A stretch of DNA of 64,000 bases from Squalus acanthias (Eukaryota): assembly GCA_030390025.1 (NCBI GenBank), contig JASTWF010000327.1:124001-188000 (forward strand), in the 5' to 3' direction. The notes under the pieces were generated by a model that worked only from the letters and a program-made list of their open reading frames with translations, did no database searches and had not been told where the DNA came from. Within the stretch, counting starts at the first letter, position 1; each line of letters starts with the position of its first letter. The translations under genes were made by a program, and so were the position numbers. Shown one piece after another: positions 50,200 through 61,300 of this stretch.

Positions 50200-50620
50200 A
50201 CAATACCGAACATGGCGGATGCCCTTACCCAGAGTGCCCCGCGCGGGTGAATACGGCCTATCCCCATCAGCAGGGGTGCAGCGCGCAGGCGCGGGAAGGG
50301 CTGCTCCCCGGAGACCGCCTTCCTGCGCGGAGCATGCGCGGTGCGGCTCCAGGAAACTGAGCGGGGGCGAGCGCGGCCTCAGCAACACCGAGTGCGCGTC
50401 TCAGGCCCCGAATCAGAGCGGCCGGGCCCGGCGGACGTGCGGCCAGGGCCCCGGCACCAGGAAACCCAGGGTGCAGCGCCTCCCCCAGACAGGAGAAACC
50501 ACAACTGGCATCGACACAGCAGACCCGCCAATCCAGAGCCGGCTTGTATCAGGGCGGGCGCTGGATGCGGAAGTCGGTCCCTGGCCGCCTGTGTAGGTCT
50601 TTTTGTTGCTTCAGTTTGAG
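50200..50620. promoter_or_regulatory. CpG-island promoter of ZNF-E, probably bidirectional
   Basis: AACATGGCGG, NRF1-like motifs, CGGAAGT (~50568); inverted copy of 6700-7110. Confidence 0.75.
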
Positions 50621-50839
50621 CTGGAGTGGAGATGGAGGAGAAGCTGCTGGGTTTAACCCCCAGTACTTCTGAGCCCAGGAGGACCCAACAATTTCCAATG
50701 TGAGACTGTCAAGGGAGGTGGATTCTGGGGGAGATTAGGTTGTTAAACAGACACTGTCCCTACAATGTAAAAGAGTATTGTTTCAGGAACAAGTATTTCT
50801 GTAGAGGCTTTTAATCTATTTTACATACAGATTTGTTTT

Positions 50840-51175
50840 TATTCATTCATGGGGTGTGGGTGTTGCTGGCAAGGCCAGCATATGTTGCCAATCCCCAGTT
50901 TCCTCTTGAGAAGGTGATGGTGAGTCGCCTTCTTGAACCGCTGCAGTCCGTGTGGTGAAGGTGCTCCCACAATGCTGTTAGGGAGGGCGTTCCAGGATTT
51001 TCACCCAGCGATGATGTAGGAACGAATATGTCCAAGTCAGGATGGTGTGTGACTTGGTGAGGAACTTGGAGGTGGTGGTGTTCCCATACACCTTCTGCCC
51101 TGGTCCATCTAGGTGGTGGAGGTCGCGGGTTTGGGAGGTTCTGTCAAAGTTCTTGTCCAGTTGCAGATGTATAAA
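50840..51175 (-). mobile_element. Family B LINE 3' end in the ZNF-E intron
   Basis: Same position and relative orientation as 6225-6478 in ZNF-B. Confidence 0.82.
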
Positions 51176-51534
51176 ATCCTTCACCTTCGCCCCCGCCCAC
51201 CTCTCTCTCTCCCATAAATGCCGGAGTCTTGTGTTAGCCCAGACCGGATGGCGGGTTCCCATCCCTGAAGGACATTAGTGAACCTGACAGCTTTCATAGT
51301 CACTTTTTCCTAGTGCAGTCCCCACAAATGACCAGATTCATTAAGCTCAATTTCACAACCTGTCCCTGTTTTTTTCTGGGTTCTCTCTCATGCTCCCTTT
51401 TTCTTGTTTGAAATTCATTTTACAGGATATTAGAAAGGGAGGATTTGAAGACGGGAAGCTCAAACCAAACAGCACATCAAGATCTGACCGAGTCACTCAA
51501 TTAACTGGGACCTGAATATCATCCGCCTTTGAAC

Positions 51535-52908
51535 ATGGAAGCAAGAAGCAACCTTCACAGCGGGGAGAAACCGTACCCGTGTTCTTTATATGGACAAGGC
51601 TTCAGCCAACCCTCTGGCCTGTCGAAACACAAGCGAGTTCACACCGGGGACAGCCCGTTCACCTGCTCTGAGTGTGGGAAGGGATTCACTCAGTCATCCC
51701 GCCTACTGATACACCAGCGAGTTCACACCGGGGAGAGGCCGTTCACCTGCTCTGAGTGTGGGAAGGGTTTTACTCAGTCATCCCACCTACTGATACACCA
51801 GCAAGTTCACACTGGGAAGAGGCTGTTCACATGCTCTGAGTGTGGAAAGGGATTCACTCAGTCATCCGACCTTGTGAAACACCAGCGAGTTCACACTGGG
51901 GAGAGGCCATTCACCTGCCCTGTGTGTGGGAAGGGATTCAATCGTTCATCCCACCTGCTGACACACCAGCGCGTTCACACTGACGAGAGACCTTTTAAAT
52001 GCCCGGACTGTGGGAAGTGCTTCAAAAGTTCTGGGGGACTGACATGCCATCAACTTGTTCACACTGACGAGAGACCGTTCAGGTGCTCTCACTGCGGGAC
52101 TGGGTTCAGGCGATCATCTGAACTCACTGTACACCAGCGCACTCACACTGGGGAGAGGCCATTCACCTGCTCCGTGTGTGGGAAGGGATTCACTCGTTCA
52201 TCCTACCTGCTGACACACCAGCGCATTCACAGTGATGAGAGACCTTTTAAATGCCCGGACTGTGGGAAGTGCTTTAAAAGTTCTGGGGAACTGACACGCC
52301 ATCAACATCTTCACACTGACGAAAGGCCATTCAGGTGCTCTCACTGTGGGACTGGGTTCAGGCGATCATCTGACCTCACTGTACACCAGCGCACTCACAC
52401 TGGGGAGAGACCATTCACCTGTTCCGTGTGTGGGAAGGGATTCACTCAGTCATCCAACCTGCTGACACACCAGCACATTCACACTGATAAGAGACCTTTT
52501 AAATGTTCTTACTGTGAGAAGAGATTAATAAGCAAAAAGGATCTGCTGAGACACCAGCGAGTTCACACTAGGGAGAGACTGTTCACCTGCTCTGAGTGTG
52601 GGAAGGGATTCACTCGGTCATCCGACCTTCTGAAACACCAGCAAGTTCACACTGGGGAGAAGCCGTTCACCTGCTCTAAGTGTGGGAAGGGATTCACTCA
52701 GTCATCCAACCTGCTGACACACCAGCGAGTTCACACTGGGGAGAGGCCGTTCACCTGCTCTGTCTGTGGGATGGGATTCAGTCAGACAACAAACCTGCTG
52801 ACACACCAGCGAGTTCACACTGGGGAGAGGCCGTTCACCTGCTCTGAGTGTGGGAAGGGATTCACTCGGTCATCCCACCTGCTGAAACACCAGCGAGTTC
52901 ACATGTGA
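51535..52908 (+). CDS. ZNF-E: C2H2 zinc-finger protein, 457 aa, 15 intact plus 1 degenerate finger, no KRAB/SCAN/BTB domain visible
   Basis: Acceptor TTCATTTTACAG ends at 51425; ATG in AACATGG context at 51535; open frame to TGA; AATAAA at 53054. Confidence 0.88.
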   Translation: MEARSNLHSGEKPYPCSLYGQGFSQPSGLSKHKRVHTGDSPFTCSECGKGFTQSSRLLIHQRVHTGERPFTCSECGKGFTQSSHLLIHQQVHTGKRLFTCSECGKGFTQSSDLVKHQRVHTGERPFTCPVCGKGFNRSSHLLTHQRVHTDERPFKCPDCGKCFKSSGGLTCHQLVHTDERPFRCSHCGTGFRRSSELTVHQRTHTGERPFTCSVCGKGFTRSSYLLTHQRIHSDERPFKCPDCGKCFKSSGELTRHQHLHTDERPFRCSHCGTGFRRSSDLTVHQRTHTGERPFTCSVCGKGFTQSSNLLTHQHIHTDKRPFKCSYCEKRLISKKDLLRHQRVHTRERLFTCSECGKGFTRSSDLLKHQQVHTGEKPFTCSKCGKGFTQSSNLLTHQRVHTGERPFTCSVCGMGFSQTTNLLTHQRVHTGERPFTCSECGKGFTRSSHLLKHQRVHM

Positions 52909-53297
52909 CTGCAGGGGTTGGATTCTGCTGTTTTTGCTGCTGTTAATCACATCCAGGACTGAACCATGTTCATTCTGACAGTTGGGGTTTGTTTCTGCTG
53001 ATGTTAATGACCCCTATAACAGGGCTGGAGTTTAATATTCTGGATATATGTCAAATAAATCAGCTTTGTTTTAAACACTTTGTTGTAGATATTTTTCTTT
53101 CCCACCTGAGTGTTTAGCATCACCTGGCTGGAGCTCAGAAAGGACAATCTGGGGGAGGATCGTACGGCGGGAACAGAACTTCAGCCTGGACACAGTCCTT
53201 CAGGGCCACACTGAGAGGGGCAAACGGCACTTTGGTCTTTCTCGTCTCTCTTCACCAACAGCAAAGTCTCTGTGTGGGTTAATCTTGAGGCGTGTAA

Positions 53298-53677
53298 GGT
53301 CCAGATGATATCCACTCACGGGTGTTTAAAGAGATGGGACGGTGCTCTGTGAGCCCCTTGCCCGTATCATCAACAGCTCCATAGAGTCAGGGATTGTTCC
53401 CTGAGATTGGAAGGCAGCTCACCTCGCTCCCATTTTCCAAATCGGGGACAGATCAGAGCCGGGGAACTACAGGCCCATCAGTGTGACCTCGATCACAGGG
53501 AAGATGCTTGAAGGGATCCTGAGAGATGCTGTTTATGATCACTGGGGAAAGGGAAGGGGCCATTAGAAATACTCACACGGCTTCAGAAAACAAGGTCACG
53601 TCTACAAACTAGCTGGAGTTTTGTGAAGATGTTGATAGGTTGGTGGATGAGGGGAATCCGATTGACATTATCGACCT
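53298..53677 (+). mobile_element. Old, diverged CR1 RT fragment
   Basis: GGGAACTACAGGCCCATCAGTGTGACCTCG encodes GNYRPISVTS; a DWK motif lies upstream. Confidence 0.7.
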
Positions 53678-53901
53678 CAGGGGTGTCAAACTCATTTTCT
53701 ATGGTGGGTCTGATCCGATATCCTGTCACTTGGCGTGGGCCACATTCAGCAAAAGTTATTAAAATAGGAATAAATAAAGATAAACTATATCAGTGATTAT
53801 TTACATTTAGATTTTATTTACAGCTACTGCTGCTCCCGATCCCTGGCACCTCTCAGCTTGAACCATTGCATCAACATTTGGAGCAAGTGACTGGGCTGAG
53901 G
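53678..53901 (-). mobile_element. 3' terminal fragment of a hAT (Charlie-like) DNA transposon
   Basis: TIR-like CAGGGGTGTCAAACTC at 53678. The minus strand encodes SAQSLAPNVDAMVQAERCQGS...*, resembling GTF2IRD2/Charlie-type transposase C-termini (from recall). Confidence 0.65.
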
Positions 53902-53996
53902 CCTGTCCTGGATAAAAACATGAGGACCACTTGTCACCACAGAACCTTGTTACCCAACCTCTGACCCTGGAAGTGAATTCCACAGCATCGTCAGTG

Positions 53997-55975
53997 TCTA
54001 GTCAAGAGGAAAAAGGAAGCGTATGTAAGGATGAGAAAACAAGGTTCAGTTGGGTCGATTGAGGGGTACAAGGTAGCAAGGAATGAGCTAAAAAAAGAGC
54101 TTAGGAGAGCTAGGAGGGGGCATGAGAAGTCCTTGGCGGGTCGGATCAAGAAAAACCCCAAGGCCTTTTACTCTTATGTGAGAAATAAAAGAATGACCAG
54201 GGTGAGGGTAGGGCCGGTCAAGGACAGTAGTGGGAACTTGTGCATGGAGTCAGAAGTGATAGGAGAGGTGATGAATGAATACTTTTCGTCAGTGTTCACC
54301 GAGGAGAGGGGCCATGTTCTTGAGGATGAGAGTGTGATAAAGGTGGATAGGCTGGAGGTGGTAGATGTTCTGAGGGAAGATGTTTTAGCAATTTTGAAGA
54401 ACCTGAGGGTCGATAAGTCCCCTGGGCCAGATGGGATATATCCTAGGATTCTTTGGGAGGCAAGGGAGGAGATTGCAGAGCCTCTGGCTTTGATCTTTGG
54501 GTCCTCACTGTCCACAGGAATGGTGCCAGAGGACTGGAGAGTGGCGAATGTTGTTCCTCTCTTCAAGAAAGGAAATAGGAATGACCCTGGTAATTATAGG
54601 CCGGTTAGTCTTACTTCGGTGGTTGGTAAGATAATGGAAAAGGTCCTGAGGGATAGGATTTATGACCATTTGGAAAGGGGCAACTTAATCAGGGATAGTC
54701 AACACAGATTCGTGAAGGGTAAGTCTTGCCTAACAAATTTGATTGAATTCTTTGAGGAGGTAACTAAGTGTGTAGATGAAGGTAGAGCAGTTGATGTCGT
54801 ATACATGGATTTTAGTAAGGCGTTTGATAAGGTTCCCCATGGTCGTCTCATGAAGAAAGTAAGGAGTTGTGGGATAGAGGGAAATTTGGCCGATTGGATA
54901 AGTAACTGGCTATCTCATAGAAGGCAGAGGGTGGTGGTGGATGGAACATTTTCGGACTGGAGACCAGTTACCAGCGGTGTGCCACAGGGGTCGGTGTTGG
55001 GTCCTCTGCTGTTTGTGATTTTTATCAATGACTTGGAGGAGGGGACTGAAGGGTGGATCAGTAAATTTGCTGATGACACCAAGATTGGTGGAGTAGTGGA
55101 TGAGGTGGAGGGCTGTTGTAGGCTGCAAAGAGACATTGATAGGATGCAGAGCTGGGCCGAAAAATGGCAGATGGAATTTAACCCTGATAAGTGCGAGGTG
55201 ATTCATTTTGGTAGGGCAAATTTGAATAAGGATTACAGGGTCAACGGCAGGGTTCTGAGGAACGTGGAGGAGCAGAGGGATCTGGGGGTTCATATCCACA
55301 GATCTCTGAAGGTTGCCACTCAAGTGGATAGAGCAGTAAAGAAGGCCTATGGTGTGTTGGCGTTTATTAACAGAGGGTTTGAGTTTAAGAACCGTGAGGT
55401 TATGCTGCAACTGTACAGGACCTTGGTGAGACCACATTTGGAATATTGTGTGCAGTTCTGGTCACCTCACTATAGGAAGGACGTGGAAGCATTGGAAAGA
55501 GTGCAAAGGAGATTTACCAGGATGCTGCCTGGTTTGGGGGGGAGGTCTTATGAGGAAAGATTGAGGGAGTTGGGGCTTTTCTCTTTAGAGCGGAGGAGGA
55601 TGAGAGGCGACTTAATAGAGGTTTATAAGATGATGAGGGGGATAGATAGAGTGGATGTTCAGAGACTATTTCCTCGGGTAGAGGCAGCTGTTACAAGGGG
55701 GCATAACTATAAGGTGCATGGGGGGAGATATAGAAGGGATGTCCGAGGTAGATTCTTTACTCAGAGAGTGGTTGGGGTGTGGAATGGACTGCCTGCTGTG
55801 ATAGTGGAGTCGGACACTTTAGGAACTTTCAAGCGGTTATTGGATAAGCACATGGATCACACCAGAGTGATAGGGAGTGTGATAGCTTGATCTTGGTCTC
55901 GGACAATGCTCGGCACAACATCGAGGGCCGAAGGGCCTGTACTGTGCTGTACTGTTCTATGTTTCTATGTTTCTA
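53997..55975 (+). mobile_element. 5'-truncated young CR1 LINE with an uninterrupted 619-aa ORF2 portion containing the complete RT
   Basis: All RT motifs in one frame; (TTTCTATG)n tail. Confidence 0.96.
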
Positions 55976-56180
55976 TCACAATGACTATCGTTAATGCGGC
56001 CGATCTTCATCATCGGTGACATCACAATGACTATTGACAACATGACCGACCTGCATTACTGGTGACATCACAATGACTATTGACAACATGGATAACCTAC
56101 ATCAGCACTGACATCACAATTACTATTGTTAATGCAGCTGACCTGCATCATCGGTGACATCACAATGACTTTTGACACTG
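55975..56180. repeat. Diverged 46-bp tandem repeat (GACATCACAATGACTAT core), about 4.5 copies
   Basis: ATCACAAT recurs at ~55975, 56021, 56067, 56113 and 56159. Confidence 0.85.
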
Positions 56181-56185
56181 AACAA

Positions 56186-56296
56186 TTTAGAGTTAGTGGT
56201 TAGTGTTAGGACTAGAGGTTAGTAGTTAGGATTAGAGGTTAGTGGTTCTCCTTATGGGTTAAGATTAGGGGTTAGTGGTTTGGGGTTAGGGATAGA
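56186..56296 (+). repeat. Degenerate (TTAGGG)-like simple repeat
   Basis: Runs of GGTTAG, TTAGGG and TTAGTG variants. Confidence 0.6.
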
Positions 56297-56714
56297 AGCC
56301 ATTATTGACAATGCCAGAGTCACTAGCCTTGTCCTTTTTCATTTCATGTTTTTGAACCTCATGCAGACGAGTCACAAAACAGCCTCATGAATTGTTCATT
56401 CAAGGAACCTTCTTTCTGGCTGGAGCCTGATTTCCTCCCTTCTTTCACATTTCAACATTTCCCACAGAAAAAGACATCAGGGACATTAGACTTTGGGATT
56501 TGGGGACAAGAACAGGTGGATCCAGATGTTGCGCTGGTTGCATCCAATCATTGGCCTGCCTGAAAAGGGCTTCTGACAATAATCTGTCACCAGGCCCCAC
56601 CAGTCGCCACCTGATTCCACCATCATATCTTCATCCATTACCCGCCTTTCACCCTCACGACAGCTGGGTTCACCACCATGACCATTCCCCATACTGAGAC
56701 CCTTTGATTCCCAT

Positions 56715-58345
56715 TTGAGAAATGAGAAAGCAATAGAGCAGGATAGAGATGGGGGAAATAATAACCAGAGTGTGACAGGAAGGGACAGAATGTTTAAAAA
56801 TAAGAGTGCAACAAAAAATGGGGCCAAAACAAGGAGGAATGGTAAAAAGACAAAGTTAAAAGCTCTATATCTGAATGCACGCAGCATTCGTAACAAGATA
56901 AATGAGTTAACGGCACAAATAGATACAAATGGGTATGATCTGATCGCCATTACAGAGACGTGGTTGCAAGGTGATCAGGGCTGGGAACTGAATATTCCAG
57001 GGTATTTGACAATTCGGAAGGATAGACAGAAAGGAAAGGGAGGTGGGGTGGCTTTGTTGGTAAAGGATGGGATCAGTGCAGTGGTGAGAAGTGATACTGG
57101 CTCAGAAGATCAAGATGTAGAATCGGTTTGGGTGGAGATAAAAAATAATAAAGGAAAAAAGTCTCTGGTGGGCGTAGTCTACAGGCCCCCGGACAGTAGC
57201 AATACTGTTGGGCAGAGTATAAATCAACAAATAATGGAGTCCTGTAAAAAAGGTACGGTAATAATCATGGGTGATTTTAATCTCCATATTGATTGGACAA
57301 ATCAAATTGGCCATGGTAGCCTTGAGGAGGAGTTCATAGAGTGCATCCGGGATGGTTTCCTAGAACAGTATGTAATGGAACCGACCAGGGAGCAGGCTAT
57401 CTTGGATCTGGTACTGTGTAATGAGACAGAATTAATAAATGATCTCATAGTAAAGGATCCTCTAGGAAAGGGTGATCATAGCATGGTTGAATTTCAAATT
57501 CAGTTGGAGGGTGAGAAAGTTGTATCTCAAACCAGTGTCCTGATCTTAAACAAAGGCAATTAAAGTGGCATGAGGGCAGAACTGGCTAAAGTGGGCTGGA
57601 AAAATAAATTAAAGGGTAAGACAGTTGAAATGCAGTGGCGAACATTTAAGGAGATATTTCATAAGTCTTAACAAAAATATATTCCAGTGAGAAAGAAAGA
57701 TTTTAAGAGAAGGGAGCACCATCCGTGGCTAACTAAGAAAGTAAAGGATGGTATCAAATTGAAAACGAAGGCATACAATGTTGCCAAGATTGTTGGGAGA
57801 CCAGAGGATTGGGAAATTTTTAAAAACCAGCAAAGGATGACTAAAAAAATAATAAAGAGAGGGAAGATGAATTATGAGAGTAAACTGGCAAGAAACATTA
57901 AAACAGATAGTAAGAGCTTCTACAGGTATATAAAAAGGAAGAGGGTAGCTAAAGTAAACGTTGGTCCCTTAGAGGATGAGACTGGAGAATTAATAATGGG
58001 GAACGGGGAAATGGCAGAGACTCTGAACAAATATTTTGTATCTGTCTTCACGGTAGAAGACACTAACAACATCCCAATAATGGATAATCAAGGGATCACA
58101 GGGAGGGGGAACTAATGGCAATCACTATCACGAAGGAAATAGTACTTGGTAAAATAATGGGACTAAAAGATGACAAGTCCCCTGGACCAGATGGCCTGCA
58201 TCCCAGGGTCTTAAAAGAAGTGGCTGCAGAGATAGTAGATGCATTGGTTGCAATATACCAAAATTCCCTGGACTCTGGAGAGGTCCCAGCGGATTGGAAA
58301 ACCGCAAATGTAACACCCCTATTTAAGAAAGGAGGGAGACAGAAA
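56715..58345 (+). mobile_element. CR1 ORF2 N-terminal half (APE endonuclease and linker), disrupted and 3'-truncated
   Basis: YLNARSIRNK, IAITETWL, GVVYRPP, GDFNL and KSPGPDGLHP motifs with internal stops. Confidence 0.92.
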
Positions 58346-58348
58346 TCA

Positions 58349-61300
58349 GGAGTGCAGATCGGAACAGAGTGTTAAGCTGCGAGTTTGGTGAGTGAGGGAG
58401 TAAATCTTAAAGGTTAATCTCTTATTTTTATAAATTCTAGTCTTGTGTGCTTGCAATTAGCATTTAAATTTACTGTTTCAAGTTTTAAGTTTCTTCCAGG
58501 CTTGGGCAGGGCTTAGCAAGCTCTGTGCTGGAGAGCAGGTGAGAGTAATTAATTAAGTGGTCTAATCTGGTTCTGTAACTGCCAGAGAGCTCACTTATTT
58601 AAATCTCAGCAGTATAAATAAGGGAGGCTAGAGTGCAGTTTGTCACGGAGTGCAGATTGGAACAGAGTGTTAAGCTGCGAGTTTGGTGAGTGAGGGAGTG
58701 CGGGGAGGGAGGTGTTCCTTTCTTACATAGAAACATAGAAACATAGAAGATAGGAGCAGGAGTCGGTCATTCGGCCCCTCGAGCCTTCTCCGCCATTTAA
58801 TGAGATCATGGCTGATCATCCAAATTCAGTACCCTGTCCCTGCTTTCTCCCTATATCCCTTGATCCCTTTAGCCTTAAGAAATATATCTAACTCCTTCTT
58901 GAATATATAGAAATATAGAAGATAGGAGCATCTTTCCATCTTTGTCAGCTTCCAGGAGAGCAGGAGCTAAAAAGCTGCACAAGAGGGGACAGAGAACCAG
59001 CGGTGAGTATTTCTACAGTATTTCTACATTCCAGTCATTACAGTAAAAGTAAGGTCTCTAGTTTAGAGTAAGTACTGTTTAAAGGGAAGTAAGGTCCCTA
59101 GTGTATTTAATATTCTTTAATTTAAAGGGAGTAAATTAAGGGTAGGACATGGCAGGGCAGGTCGGTAGCGTGGAGTGCTCCTCCTGTGCTATGTTGGAAG
59201 TCAGGGACACTTTCGGTGTCCAGGGCGAACACATGTGCAGGAAGTGTCTCCAGCTGCAGCTGCTCAAAATCCGCGTTTTGGAGCTGGAGCTGCGGCTGGA
59301 GTCACTGTGGAGCATCCGCGAAGCTGAGATCTTTGTAGATAGCACGTTTAACAAGGTGGTCACACCGCAGGTAAAGAGTGCACAGGCAGACAGGGAATGC
59401 GTGACCGGCAGACAGGGAATGCGTGACCACCAGACAGAGTAAAAGAGCTAGGAAGGTAGTGCAGAAGTCCCCTGGGTCCATCTCCCTCTCCGACAGATTT
59501 TCGTTTTGGATACTGATGGGGGAGATGGTTTCTCAGGGCAATGCAGCAAGAGCCAAGTCCATGGCACTACGAGTGGCTCAGCTGCACAGGAGGGGAGGAA
59601 AAAGAGTGGCAGAGCAATAGTGATAGGGGATTCTATCGTAAGGGGAACAGATAGACGTTTCTGTGGCCGCAGACGTGACTCCAGGATGGTATGTTGCCTC
59701 CCTGGTGCCAGGGTCAAGGATGTCACTGAACGGCTGCAGGGCATTCTGAATGGGGAGGGCGAACAGTCAGAGGTCGAGGTTCACATTGGTACCAACGACA
59801 TGGGTAGAAAGAGGGATGAGGTCCTGCAACAAGAATTTAGGGAGCAAGGTAGCTGATTAAAAAGCAGGACCTCAAAGGTTGTAATCTCTGGATTACTCCC
59901 GGTGCCACGTGCTAGTGAGTATAGGAATAGAAGGATAGAGCAGATGAATGCGTGGCTAAAGAGTTGGTGCAGGAGGGAGGGCTTTAGTTTCCTGGATCAC
60001 TGGGTCTGCTTCTGGGGAAGGTGGGACCTGTACAAGTCGGACGGGTTGCACCTGAACCGGAACGGGACCAACATCCTTGCAGGGAGGTTTGCTAGTAGTT
60101 TTGGGGGGGGGGGGTGGGTTTAAACTAACTTGGCAGGGGGATGGGATACGGAGTGGAGCTATAGTAGGGGGTGATGCACAGCCAAATATAGAGGAAAAAA
60201 CAAGGCAGCCTGGAAGGCAGAGCAAATATGTAACGGCACAAGGGAGTATGGCAAGGCTGGATGGCATTAATTTTAATGCAAGGAGTCTTGCGAATAAGGC
60301 AGATGAATTGAAGGTGTTGATGAACACATGGGAGTATGATATTGTTGCTATCACAGAGACATGGTTGAGGGAGGGGCAGGACTGGCAGCTCAATATTCCG
60401 TGGTATAGAATCTTCAGACGAGACAGAGGGGGGTGTAAAAGAGGAGGGTGTGTCGCAATATTAATCAAGGAGTCAATTACTGCTGTAAGGAGGGATGATA
60501 TCTGAGCAGGTTCCTCTAATGAGGCCATATGGGTAGAACTTAAAAACAAAAAGGGGGCAAACACTTTGCTGGGAGTGTACTATAGGCCCCCAAACAGTCA
60601 GGGGGAGATAGAGGAACAGATATGCAGGCAAATCTCAGAGAAGTGTAGAAATAATAGGGTAATAATAGTAGGGGATTTCAACTTCCCCAATATTAACTGG
60701 GATAGACAGAGTGTGAAAGGCTTAGAGGGTGCGGAATTCTTAAAGTGCATCCAGGAGAGCTTTTTGAGCCAGCATGTAGAAAGTCCGACAAGAGAGGGGG
60801 TGGTACTGGACCTAATTCTAGGGAATGTAGCCGGGCAAGTGGTAGAAGTGTTAGTAGGAGGCATTTTGATGACAGTGACCATAATTCGGTGAGATTTAAG
60901 GTAGTCATGGAAAAGGACAAAGATGGACCGGAAATAAAGGTTCTAAATTGGGGGAAGGCCGATTTTAATATGATAAGGCAGGATCTGGCCAAAGTGGACT
61001 GGGATCAGCTACTTGTAGGAAAATCCACATCAGAGCAGTGGGAGTCTTTCAGAAAGGAAATAGAAAGAGTACAACGGCAACATGTTCCCGTAAAGGTCAA
61101 GGGTGGGACCAACAAGCCCAGGGAACCCTGGATGTCAAGGGATATTCAAGAATGGATTAGGAAAAAAGGGAGGCTTTTGGCAGATACAAAGGACTAAAAC
61201 AGTGGAAGCCCTAGAGGAGTATAGAAAGTGCAGGGGGGTACTTAAAAAAGAAATTAGGAGAGCGAAGAGGGGGCATGAAAAAACACTGGCGGGCAAAATA

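Noticed and set aside
54174..55437. Antisense ORFs over CR1 and ZNF coding regions
   Set aside because: Shadow ORFs of the coding strand with no independent evidence.
55975..56180. Relationship between this 46-bp repeat and the 46-bp array at 1-362
   Set aside because: Same period but only weak, patchy similarity on either strand.
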